A stretch of 64,000 nt of DNA from positions 32,001 through 96,000 of the forward strand of contig CAVVYR010000001.1 in assembly GCA_963752475.1 (NCBI GenBank), written 5' to 3'. The translations under genes and the position numbers were made by a program. Shown here in pieces: positions 43,532 through 52,099 of this stretch (positions within the stretch are counted from its first letter, which is position 1; each line of letters starts with the position of its first letter). The notes beneath the pieces were generated by a model, which was given only the letters and a program-made list of their open reading frames with translations, did no database searches and was not told the DNA's origin. Source of the DNA: an uncultured Chloroflexia bacterium. Its GTDB lineage: Bacteria; Chloroflexota; Limnocylindria; Limnocylindrales; CSP1-4.

Positions 43532-44275
43532 GTGAAGGGCGTCGTTCTCGCCGGCGGGACCGGTTCCCGTCTGCATCCGCTCACGCTGGTCACCAACAAG
43601 CACCTCTTGCCGGTGCACGACCGGCCCATGATCCACTTCCCGCTGCAGACGCTCGCGGGCATGGGCATCGACCAGGTCATGGTCATCCTCGGCGGCCGCA
43701 GCATCGGCGACATCGTGGAGCTGCTGTCGGACGGTCAGGACTTCGGGCTGGACCTCAGCTACCGCTACCAGCGCGGCTCACTGGGCATCGCCCACGCCAT
43801 CGGTCTGGTCCGTGAGTTCGTGGGCGATGAGGCCTTCTGCGTCGTCCTCGGCGACAACATCCTGCGCGGTGATGACCTCGCCGACGTCGCGGCCGAGTTC
43901 GAGAACGGACCCTGGGGCGCCGGCACCCTGCTCTACAAGGTGGATGACGCCAAGCGCTTCGGCGTGGCCGAGTTCGACGACGAGGGCAACGTCATCGGCT
44001 TCGAGGAGAAGCCCGAGGAGCCCAAGAGCGACTCCATCCCCATCGGCGTCTACTTCCTGCGGCCCGATGCCTTCGAGGTCATCGAGCAGCTCACGCCCAG
44101 CGGTCGCGGCGAGTTCGAGATCACCGACGTGCTCAACCACTACGTCGGCGACGGCGGGCTCTTCGCGCGCCACTACGAGGGTCGCTGGCACGACGCGGGC
44201 ACCATCGAGTCACTGCTGGAAGCGGCCACGATGGCCGCGAACGAAGACGAGCCTCAGCCGTCCTCAGGAAGCTGA
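43532..44275 (+). CDS. rmlA: Glucose-1-phosphate thymidylyltransferase
   Basis: KGVVLAGGTGSRLHPLT...NKHLLPV, LGDN, EEKP, SGRGEFEITD and WHDAGT motifs. Confidence 0.92.
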   Translation: MKGVVLAGGTGSRLHPLTLVTNKHLLPVHDRPMIHFPLQTLAGMGIDQVMVILGGRSIGDIVELLSDGQDFGLDLSYRYQRGSLGIAHAIGLVREFVGDEAFCVVLGDNILRGDDLADVAAEFENGPWGAGTLLYKVDDAKRFGVAEFDDEGNVIGFEEKPEEPKSDSIPIGVYFLRPDAFEVIEQLTPSGRGEFEITDVLNHYVGDGGLFARHYEGRWHDAGTIESLLEAATMAANEDEPQPSSGS

Positions 44276-46302
44276 TAGAGGACCCGCAGCTCCACGTCCT
44301 CGGTCAGGTCGGTCTCGTAGCGCAGTCGGTCGCCGTCGACGGTCATGCCCTCGGTGGACTCGACGACGGTCGCACCGTCGGGCAGGTCGATGCGCACCGA
44401 TAGCGGCACTGCGCGCGCGCCGGGCTGCTTCTGGACCACCAGGCTGTACTCCCAGCCGTCATCGGTCTCGACGGCCACCTCAGGCACGGACCAGAAGTAG
44501 CTCAGGCTGGACTCACCCGGCTCCATCAGCAGGTTGTTGGCGAAGGCCGTCCGGCCGGCCTCGTCCGTGATGCGATCCGCGTCAAAGACCTCGCTGGAGG
44601 CGGTCTCGCCGCTGGCCGTGACCAGCTCGCTGCCCTCTGGCACGAGCGTGCGGATGTAGCCGCCGTACCAGCCGATCTCGCTCTCGGAGAACGAGCGGAT
44701 AGCCTCGAACTCCTCACCCTCCCTGAGGGCGTCGTTCTGCCAGTCGAGACGCACGCTGTTGACGGCGTTGCCCTCCGAATCGAGCTTCACCACCAGCGAA
44801 TCGGAGCGGTCGATGACGAGGTTGTACTTCGACGTCGGGGCCACGTTCGACTCGACCACGTAGAGGTAGTCACCCGGATCGGTCCGGACCTCGCCCGCCC
44901 AGCCGTTCTCGAGCACCAGCTCCTGGGCCTCGGGGTCGGCCAGCCAGACGAGGGCCTGGCGCTCCGCGCCGATGTCCTCGAGCGCCTCGATCATCGCGCC
45001 CCACTGGTCCGGCGGCAGCGACAGCAAGCGCTGCATCAGCGTACGCGCCAGGGCATCGAGCACGTCCTTGCGGCCCTCCAGATCCCCGGGTGCGCCACGG
45101 GTCGCACCGAGCAGCGTGAGCGTCACGTCGCCCGGTTCAACGGTCACGTCGTAGGCCGGCACCTCGACCGCCCCCACCACCTCCAGCAGCCGGTCGATGG
45201 CATAGGTGGTGATGGCGATGACGCCGTCGACCTCGGTGCCGTCGGCTTCGATGGCGTAGAACTCGGCTGACTTCTCCGCGCCGGTGGGGAAGTCAGGCGA
45301 CCAGGCCGCATCGGCCAGGCGCCAGGACTGCGGATTGCCCTCGGCATCGGCCGCCAGCAGGATCTCGGTCAGCTCCTCGGGCGGCTCGACGAAGGGCAGG
45401 TCCTTCTGCAGGTCCAGGTCGTAGACGTTGATGAACTCCTGGCTCGTCAAGCTGCCGTCCTCGACGGTGATCAGACCGACCGTGCCGGCGTAGCCACCCG
45501 CAGGACGCAGCTCGGCAGGGTTCTGAGCCAGGACGAGGTACCGCTTCTGTCCGCCCCAGCCCATGAGCTCGGGCGCGATGTCGTCGATCTCGCGGTACTG
45601 CTCGAGCAGCGGCAGGTAGGTGTCCAGCGGCTCGGCCACCAGGTCACGCGCCTCGAGGATCTGCTCGGCCGCGTCGTCGGGGATGGCCGCGAGGTCCTGT
45701 TGGGCGTCGGCGATGAGCTGGTCGATGCGATCGACATCGGCGGACGACGTGGCGATGAACTCGACAAGACCGGCGGTCAGCTCGAAGTCTGGATCGGCCT
45801 CGTTCTGCTCGCGCAGGGTGACGACCTCATCGACGAGACCGAGGCCGATGTCTCCGACCTCGACGAGCGACTCCGCGGCGGCCACGAGCGAAGTCGCCGC
45901 GTCGTACTGCGCCGCGACTGCGCCCACGCTGCCGACGAGCTTGACGAGCGGATCGTCGATGGCCTCGGAGATGGGCTCAAGGTGGCCCGCGAGCACGGCG
46001 AACTCGGCGCTGAGCTCGTCGAGCGTGGCCCGCTCGAGATTCGCCGGCTCCAGCCCTTCCACGTCGTCCGAGAGCCGCTGCGCTGAAGCACGCAGCTCCC
46101 GAACGTCGTCCTGCAGCGGCAGGTAGCGACCGGCGGTCGCGACCACGAGCGCCACCACGATAGCCACGATGAAGGCCAGGAAGACGGCCACCATGAGGCG
46201 ACCGACCCTGGGCTCAGCATCCTCCGTAGGCGCTACCGGAGGCGGTGGAGCCGGAGGTGGCGGTGCTGCTGGTGGCGGTGGTGGCGGGTAGTAGTCCGTC
46301 AC
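44254..46302 (-). CDS. DUF4012-domain membrane-anchored protein
   Basis: N-terminal TM, helical stalk, YLVLAQNPAELRPAGG, SPDFP, VDGVIAI and QKQPG motifs. Confidence 0.88.
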   Translation of the reverse strand: MTDYYPPPPPPAAPPPPAPPPPVAPTEDAEPRVGRLMVAVFLAFIVAIVVALVVATAGRYLPLQDDVRELRASAQRLSDDVEGLEPANLERATLDELSAEFAVLAGHLEPISEAIDDPLVKLVGSVGAVAAQYDAATSLVAAAESLVEVGDIGLGLVDEVVTLREQNEADPDFELTAGLVEFIATSSADVDRIDQLIADAQQDLAAIPDDAAEQILEARDLVAEPLDTYLPLLEQYREIDDIAPELMGWGGQKRYLVLAQNPAELRPAGGYAGTVGLITVEDGSLTSQEFINVYDLDLQKDLPFVEPPEELTEILLAADAEGNPQSWRLADAAWSPDFPTGAEKSAEFYAIEADGTEVDGVIAITTYAIDRLLEVVGAVEVPAYDVTVEPGDVTLTLLGATRGAPGDLEGRKDVLDALARTLMQRLLSLPPDQWGAMIEALEDIGAERQALVWLADPEAQELVLENGWAGEVRTDPGDYLYVVESNVAPTSKYNLVIDRSDSLVVKLDSEGNAVNSVRLDWQNDALREGEEFEAIRSFSESEIGWYGGYIRTLVPEGSELVTASGETASSEVFDADRITDEAGRTAFANNLLMEPGESSLSYFWSVPEVAVETDDGWEYSLVVQKQPGARAVPLSVRIDLPDGATVVESTEGMTVDGDRLRYETDLTEDVELRVLYQLPEDG

Positions 46303-46309
46303 CCGAGGC

Positions 46310-47209
46310 TCACGCCGATGGGATGCGCTCCGCGATCACCACGAAGCGCGGGGAGGTCTCCGCGTAGTCCAGGCACGTCTGCAACGTGAGGATCTCGCGA
46401 TCGGTGCCATCGAGATACTCGAAGGCGTCGTATTCGACGAGGGGGTGGATCTCCGAGACCTCGTACTCGGCGATGCTGCCGTCAGCCATATCGACCTCGA
46501 CGAGGTCGCCGGTGCGGACGTTCCAGAGCTCGAGCAGAACACCCTCGCGGGCATGCCCGTAGACATAGGTGTTGGAACCTTCCCCGGGCCAGGCCGTGTC
46601 CGGGAAGTGTGCGACGGCATCGTCAGGCGCATCCCAGCCATTGCCCTCGACGATCGGCAGGTCGATGCCCAGCCGGCGCATGCGCAAGTGTGTCGCCGGC
46701 GGAGCCAGCAGCATGTCGGCTGCGGGCGGCGGCTCGATCGGGCTCTCGCGGAACGCGCTCGGCGCTTGCTCCACGTAGCCTTCCGGTGGCAGGATCGAGG
46801 TCTTGGCCAGGCCGCCTTGGCAACGGATGTTGATGACCGGTGTGGAGTTGGGGAGGCGGACGGAGACGCGACGCTGTCCGGCCTTGTTCCCGAAGTGGAA
46901 GATGGAAGCGACGTAGCCGTTTCCCTTCTGGCTCCTGCGCTTGGACGCCAGGAACTTGTCGCCTGGATGCTGCCTCTCGACAAGGAGGAACTTGACCGGC
47001 TGGCCGGCGACGGGCCGCCCGGTCTTCACATCCTTGACGTAGGCCTCGATCTTCAGGTTCTGATCGCATCGGACCACGCGTGGGGTCTGGATGAAGACAC
47101 GCGTGGTCGGCTGTCCGATGTAGCCAAGCGCCGGCAGCGCCGCGGTGATGACCAGGGCGCTGCTGATGAGCAGGCTGAACAGGAACGTGGGGTACTTCAG
47201 GCGGCGCAT
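46310..47209 (-). CDS. Sortase with an extra N-terminal basic Ig-like domain
   Basis: Signal peptide; PGEGSN.YVYGHA (His), LTLQTC (Cys) and RFVV (Arg) catalytic triad. Confidence 0.9.
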   Translation of the reverse strand: MRRLKYPTFLFSLLISSALVITAALPALGYIGQPTTRVFIQTPRVVRCDQNLKIEAYVKDVKTGRPVAGQPVKFLLVERQHPGDKFLASKRRSQKGNGYVASIFHFGNKAGQRRVSVRLPNSTPVINIRCQGGLAKTSILPPEGYVEQAPSAFRESPIEPPPAADMLLAPPATHLRMRRLGIDLPIVEGNGWDAPDDAVAHFPDTAWPGEGSNTYVYGHAREGVLLELWNVRTGDLVEVDMADGSIAEYEVSEIHPLVEYDAFEYLDGTDREILTLQTCLDYAETSPRFVVIAERIPSA

Positions 47210-48694
47210 CTACTCGGTCTCCTCCGCGTCGGCCACGCTGGCACTCGCAGTGTCGGTCGCCGGCGCGCTGGGGATCCCCCACCACGTCCGGGCTCGTTCG
47301 AGGGCATCGCCGACGATCAACCCTTCCAGGTCCTCGGCTTCCTCCCCTGTCGCTTCGGTGATGTAGTCGGTGAACTCCGTCCAGCCGCTCGCGGGGTCGT
47401 AGGCCCCGAAGCCGCCGTCGAAGGGCGCGAAGGCCTCCGCCTCGCCATCCTCCTGGAAGTCCTTCATGGCTCGCATGTAGGCAGTCAGGAACGAGGTGAC
47501 GGTGGAGCCCTCGGTCTCGAGGAAGTCATCCGACACAGCGAGGACGTCACCGCCGAACTCGCCGTCCGTGCCGTAGTTGCGGTGGGCCGCGATGACCGCC
47601 AGGGGCAGGCCCTGGGCGAAGCCGTCAGCGGCGTCGGCCGCATCGATGGCAGCGATGTCGATGTCACCCTGGAGCAGGCCCAGCAGCGGCTCCTCGACCG
47701 CCTTGAGGTTCACCTCATCGAGGCCGGCGGACTCGAAGTACTCCTCCCGCAGCGCGGTCTGCACGGGGCCACCGGCGAGTGCCTTCGGCGGCGAGGCCAC
47801 CGTGATCGCGCTGGAGGCCGGTCGGCCGGCGAGGTCGCTGGTGGGGTTGAGCTTGGTGCTGGTCGAGGCCTGAGCCACGTTGAGCGTGTGCTCGGAGACG
47901 AAGGCCTCGATATCCGGGAACTCGTCGAGCTCAGCGAAGGCGTAGGCCGAGAGCTCGCCCCAGCCGCCATCATCCTTGCGGCGACCGAAGCCGCCGTCGA
48001 GCGGCTTGAAGGCGTCGGCGTCATCGGCCTTCTTGCTGAACTTGCGCAGGCCACGGAGGTACGACTTGGTGAAGGCGCTGACGGTCGAGGGCTCGGCGGC
48101 TACGAGGCCGGGAGCTGCCATCAGCAGAGAGCCGCCGAAGGCACCGTCCTCGCCGGCGTAGTTCTCGTACCCGGCCACTGCCTGGAGCGAGGGGTCGTCG
48201 GCGAAGGCCTCGAGGGCCTCGATGGTGTCGACGACCGCGAAGTCAGCCTCGCCAGACTGCAGAGCGTCGAGCGGCGAGTCGACAGCGACGAGCTCGACCG
48301 AGTCGAAGCCGGCGTCCTCGAAGAAGTCGTTGGAGATAGCCCGCTGCAGCGGAGCGGGTCGGTCGTCGCTGCCCAGCGCCACGATGAGCTCGCTGGTGAG
48401 GGGAGCGAGGGCCGCTTTGGCCGGTGCCGCCTGCACGAGCGTGATGGGCTCGGGCGTGGGCTCGGGCGTGGCCGCGGGCCTGGCGATGTTCGAGCCGGTG
48501 TCCTTCTTCGTATCGCTATTCTTCTTCTTGTTGTTGTTCTTCTTGGTGTTGCCGCCAGTCTTGGGCGTCTTCGGCGCTGGTGTGTCGTACGTCGGCGAGG
48601 CGCTCTCGTCGGCCACACCCGGATCGATGGCCGCGGCGACCGGGATGGGCACCACGAGGGCAGCCGCGAGCGCGACAGCCGCGAAGGGACGCAT
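47210..48694 (-). CDS. Secreted protein with two tandem SsuA/NMT1-like single-lobe repeats
   Basis: Signal peptide; two alignable repeats, each with FF/YF.AG.D.V.L, LQ.G..D.A, STV..F...Y.R and DGGFG. Confidence 0.75.
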   Translation of the reverse strand: MRPFAAVALAAALVVPIPVAAAIDPGVADESASPTYDTPAPKTPKTGGNTKKNNNKKKNSDTKKDTGSNIARPAATPEPTPEPITLVQAAPAKAALAPLTSELIVALGSDDRPAPLQRAISNDFFEDAGFDSVELVAVDSPLDALQSGEADFAVVDTIEALEAFADDPSLQAVAGYENYAGEDGAFGGSLLMAAPGLVAAEPSTVSAFTKSYLRGLRKFSKKADDADAFKPLDGGFGRRKDDGGWGELSAYAFAELDEFPDIEAFVSEHTLNVAQASTSTKLNPTSDLAGRPASSAITVASPPKALAGGPVQTALREEYFESAGLDEVNLKAVEEPLLGLLQGDIDIAAIDAADAADGFAQGLPLAVIAAHRNYGTDGEFGGDVLAVSDDFLETEGSTVTSFLTAYMRAMKDFQEDGEAEAFAPFDGGFGAYDPASGWTEFTDYITEATGEEAEDLEGLIVGDALERARTWWGIPSAPATDTASASVADAEETE

Positions 48695-48699
48695 GCGCC

Positions 48700-50097
48700 T
48701 CAATGCCCGGGCCGCCGGATAAGCGCCGGGATGGTGCGCAGCACGATCTCCAGATCCAGCCAGAACGACCAGCGGTCGATGTAGGCCAGATCGAGCTCGG
48801 CGCGCTGATCGAAGTCTTCGTCCAGCCGGGAGCTCACCTGCCAGAGGCCGGTGATGCCCGGCTTCATCGAAAGACGGCGCTTGTGCCATATGTCGTACTC
48901 CTGGACTTCACGGGGCGGTGCAGGTCTGGGGCCCACGATGCTCATCTCCCCCCGCACGACGTTCACGAACTGGGGCAGTTCATCGAGACTATAGCGGCGC
49001 ATCAAACGACCCGCCGGTGTGACCCTTGGGTCGTCGATGAGCTTGAACGCCGCGCCTGAGGTATCGGACAGCGCCTCGACCTCCCCGAAGCGCTCCTCAG
49101 CGTCGGCATACATCGTGCGGAACTTGAAGATGGTGAAGGGCCGGCCGTGGAGGCCGATGCGCGTCTGGCGGAAGATGACGCCGGGGCCCTGACTCGCTCG
49201 CAGCGCCACCCACAGGATCGCCAGAAGCGGAGACAGCAGCACCAGCGCGGCGATCGACGCGCCCAGGTCGAAGACACGCTTGGCGACGTGGCCGACGAGC
49301 TCATCGGGGCCGCTGGCATACGAGATGACCGCGGTGCCATCCAGCTCCTCGAGCGAGCGGTCGGCCGAGAGCAGCCGCGGCACCACCACCGGCACGCGGA
49401 TGAGCTTGCCCTGCTCGTGCGCCATCTGCGCGAGCGGCTCGACGGACTTCCACTGGTCCTCGCCGACGCAGATGGCGACCTCGTCCACGACGCGATCGGA
49501 CAGGACGGCAGGCAGGTCGATGAGCTGGCCCCAATACATGCCCGAGGGCACGCCCTGCGGAGGCTCGTCACCGAGGTAGCCCGCGACCTGGACTCCGAGG
49601 ACGCTGTGCTCATGGATCACCTGCGCGAAGTCCGTGGCCTCGTGTCCGGTGCCGAGGATGAGCACGCTGCGCACGTTGTAGCCACGGCGCCGCACGAACA
49701 TGAACGACGAACGCACGATCGCGCGGAGGATCACCGCCAGCACACCCTGGAGCGGGAAGAGCAACAACACCCAGCCCGAGTCGGCGCGATCGGTGGCCGC
49801 CATCAGGAGCGTGGCCGTACCGAGCACGGCCAGCCAGACCGTGGCGCGTACGACGGTGCGGGTCTCACCCGCCAGCGTCCAGTGCGCACGCAACCGATAG
49901 GCACCGTTCACATAGAGCAGCGCGACCCAGGCGATGCCGTAGACCACAGCCCGTGCCCAGAAGGTGTCGAGGAATGGGTCGAGAGGAGTTTCCGGGTGGG
50001 CAAAGGCTCGATAGACCGACAGACTCAGCGCGATGGCGAGGACACCGTCGGCCAGCATCAGGACGGCGCGAAGCGCACCCCCGTGTCGGCGGATCAT
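48700..50097 (-). CDS. Priming polyprenyl-phosphate sugar phosphotransferase (WcaJ/WbaP family)
   Basis: N-terminal TMs; KRVFD, FKFRTM, DDPRVT..GR..R.SLDELPQ, GEMSIVGPRP and KPGITGLWQV motifs. Confidence 0.95.
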   Translation of the reverse strand: MIRRHGGALRAVLMLADGVLAIALSLSVYRAFAHPETPLDPFLDTFWARAVVYGIAWVALLYVNGAYRLRAHWTLAGETRTVVRATVWLAVLGTATLLMAATDRADSGWVLLLFPLQGVLAVILRAIVRSSFMFVRRRGYNVRSVLILGTGHEATDFAQVIHEHSVLGVQVAGYLGDEPPQGVPSGMYWGQLIDLPAVLSDRVVDEVAICVGEDQWKSVEPLAQMAHEQGKLIRVPVVVPRLLSADRSLEELDGTAVISYASGPDELVGHVAKRVFDLGASIAALVLLSPLLAILWVALRASQGPGVIFRQTRIGLHGRPFTIFKFRTMYADAEERFGEVEALSDTSGAAFKLIDDPRVTPAGRLMRRYSLDELPQFVNVVRGEMSIVGPRPAPPREVQEYDIWHKRRLSMKPGITGLWQVSSRLDEDFDQRAELDLAYIDRWSFWLDLEIVLRTIPALIRRPGH

Positions 50098-50301
50098 CGG
50101 CGTCTCCTACGCATGGCTCGGATCGTATTCAGCATCGTGGCCCCCAGACGGACACTCCACGACGAGACGTGCCCTGCGTGCGCGAGACTACCACTCGCGC
50201 CCAAGAGCGCGATAGTGCGCTTGTCGCGTTTGGTGCCGATTGCGCAGTGGCGTGCTAGGTTGTGCGCGTCGTCGCCGGTCAGCGACCGCAAGGGGTGGGG
50301 C

Positions 50302-50330
50302 TAGACATACGACAAGTTGTCGTATAGCAT
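50302..50330 (+). promoter_or_regulatory. Sigma70-like promoter with a palindromic operator in the spacer
   Basis: TAGACA-N17-TAGCAT; ATACGACAA-G-TTGTCGTAT perfect inverted repeat at 50307-50325. Confidence 0.65.
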
Positions 50331-50399
50331 GCGGGACGTCCGGGACGATGGGATGCCGAACCAGGCGCCGTGACCATCGCCAACTCAGGGAGGAATGCC

Positions 50400-51428
50400 T
50401 TGCGCCGTTCAATCACGATCATCTCGCTCCTGGTGGCGATAGCGGTCTTGTTCACTGCCATGCCCGCCACAGCTCGGAGCAAGATCGCGCTGGGTATCTC
50501 GAACCCCAACGCAGACTACGTCGGTGTGGTCGAGAACCACAAGGCTCGATACGGTGTCTACCCAGCCATGTTCTCGCTCTGGAGCAGCTGGGGCAGCCGG
50601 GGCCAGGGCACGAACAAGCCCGCTCCGGTCGCTGGTGCGGCGTGCACCCCGGACAAGGGCACCTGCTACTTCCCTCGTGAAGCGGTCGACTACCTGATGG
50701 ACCGGAACATCACGCCGATCGTCTGGTGGCAGTTCACCAACCCCGAGTTCCCGAGCCAGGGGGCGTTCAGCCGCTACAGGATCATCACCAACGGCACGCA
50801 TGACGCCTACATCCGCAAGTGGGCCGCGGAGCTCAAGGCCGCGTCCAAGCGTCACAAGGGCCGCCCCATCGGTGTCCGCCCCTTCCACGAGGCCACCGGT
50901 ACCTGGTTCCCGTGGTCCATCGGCCGCTTCGACAACACCGTGCAGAAGTACAAGGCGGCATGGCGTCATCTGCACACGCAGTTCCAGAAGGTCGGTGCCC
51001 GCAAGCACGCACGCTTCATCTGGAGCAACTACACGCCGCGCAAGGGCTCGTACCCCGGCGACAAGGTCATCAACTACGTCGGCTTCACGGTGCTGAACTT
51101 CGGCTCGCAGAAGAAGTGGCGCTCGATGACCTCGATCGTCAACAACTTCGTGAAGCGGACCAAGCAGTTCAGCAAGCGGCCCATCCTTATCACCGAGGTC
51201 GCCTCCCATTTCAGGGGCGGCAATAAGGCCAAGTGGCTCAAGGGCGGCTATCTGAAGGCCTACAACAAGCACCCCCGGATCAAGGGCATCCTCTATCTCG
51301 ACACCAACGTCCCGCAGAGGGGACAGCGGCACCCCGACTGGCGGTTGGTCCAGCCCAAGAACGGCTCCGCGGTGAACGCCTATCGGCAGCTCGTGAACAA
51401 CCCCAGGTTCAAGGGCAAGCTGCGGTAG
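50400..51428 (+). CDS. Secreted GH26-family glycoside hydrolase, paralog 1
   Basis: Signal peptide; G.HDAYI..WA, RPFHEATG.WFPW (acid/base E), YPGD..INYVG and ITE (nucleophile E). Confidence 0.88.
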   Translation: MRRSITIISLLVAIAVLFTAMPATARSKIALGISNPNADYVGVVENHKARYGVYPAMFSLWSSWGSRGQGTNKPAPVAGAACTPDKGTCYFPREAVDYLMDRNITPIVWWQFTNPEFPSQGAFSRYRIITNGTHDAYIRKWAAELKAASKRHKGRPIGVRPFHEATGTWFPWSIGRFDNTVQKYKAAWRHLHTQFQKVGARKHARFIWSNYTPRKGSYPGDKVINYVGFTVLNFGSQKKWRSMTSIVNNFVKRTKQFSKRPILITEVASHFRGGNKAKWLKGGYLKAYNKHPRIKGILYLDTNVPQRGQRHPDWRLVQPKNGSAVNAYRQLVNNPRFKGKLR

Positions 51429-51455
51429 GTCACGATTCCTTCGACCGAACGAAGC

Positions 51456-51490
51456 GAAATGGCCCGGGTACTCCCCGGGCCATTTCTCTA
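51456..51490 (+). terminator. Hairpin, likely intrinsic terminator/attenuator
   Basis: GAAATGGCCCGGG-TACTC-CCCGGGCCATTTC 13-bp stem, then TCTAT. Confidence 0.7.
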
Positions 51491-51505
51491 TGAGAGCATC
51501 AAGCC

Positions 51506-52093
51506 ATGAGAATGTCGGCCCAACAGACCTCGATCCCCGAGGTCGTGCTCGTCAAGCACGACGCCTTCCAGGACGACCGCGGCTTCCTGATGGAGGCCTT
51601 CCACGCCGGTGACTTCGCGAAATACGAGCACCTGGGCCTGCCCAGCACGTTCGTGCAGATCAACCACAGCCGCAGCCGTGATGGCGTCACCCGAGGCCTC
51701 CACTTCCAATGGCAGCCACCGATGGGCAAATACATGCGCGTGGCCCGTGGCAGGGCCTTCCTGGTGGCCGTGGACATCCGGCCCGGCTCCCCCACCCTCG
51801 GCCGGTACGTCTCGTGTGTGGCCGATGACGAGAACCACCTCGCGATGTGGGCGCCGGCCTGCTTCGCACGCGGCTTCGCCACACTCTCGGACGTCGTCGA
51901 CATCGAGTACCTCGTGACCGGCAACTACAACGGCGCGGCAGAGTCAGGCATCGCCTGGAATGACCCGGACGTGGGCATCGAATGGCCCCTGGCCAAGCCC
52001 GTCACTTCCGAGCGCGACAGCAGCGCCCAGTCGCTGGCCGAGTGGCTGGCGAAGCCGGAGGCCCAGCACTTCCGCTACGAGGATTGGAGTTAA
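51506..52093 (+). CDS. rmlC: dTDP-4-dehydrorhamnose 3,5-epimerase
   Basis: DDRGFLME, QINHS.S..GVTRGLHFQ, VDIRPGSPT and IAWNDP motifs. Confidence 0.95.
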   Translation: MRMSAQQTSIPEVVLVKHDAFQDDRGFLMEAFHAGDFAKYEHLGLPSTFVQINHSRSRDGVTRGLHFQWQPPMGKYMRVARGRAFLVAVDIRPGSPTLGRYVSCVADDENHLAMWAPACFARGFATLSDVVDIEYLVTGNYNGAAESGIAWNDPDVGIEWPLAKPVTSERDSSAQSLAEWLAKPEAQHFRYEDWS

Positions 52094-52099
52094 CCCGTC

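Noticed and set aside
48545-48575. TPKTGG in the half-SBP protein as a sortase motif
   Set aside because: It is near the N-terminus in a low-complexity linker with no following TM or basic tail. It cannot be supported without homolog conservation.
46445-48784. 779-aa plus-strand ORF (and similar long ORFs at 617-1891, 8508-10085, 40655-41965)
   Set aside because: These are antisense shadows of real genes, expected at high GC, with no recognisable motifs.
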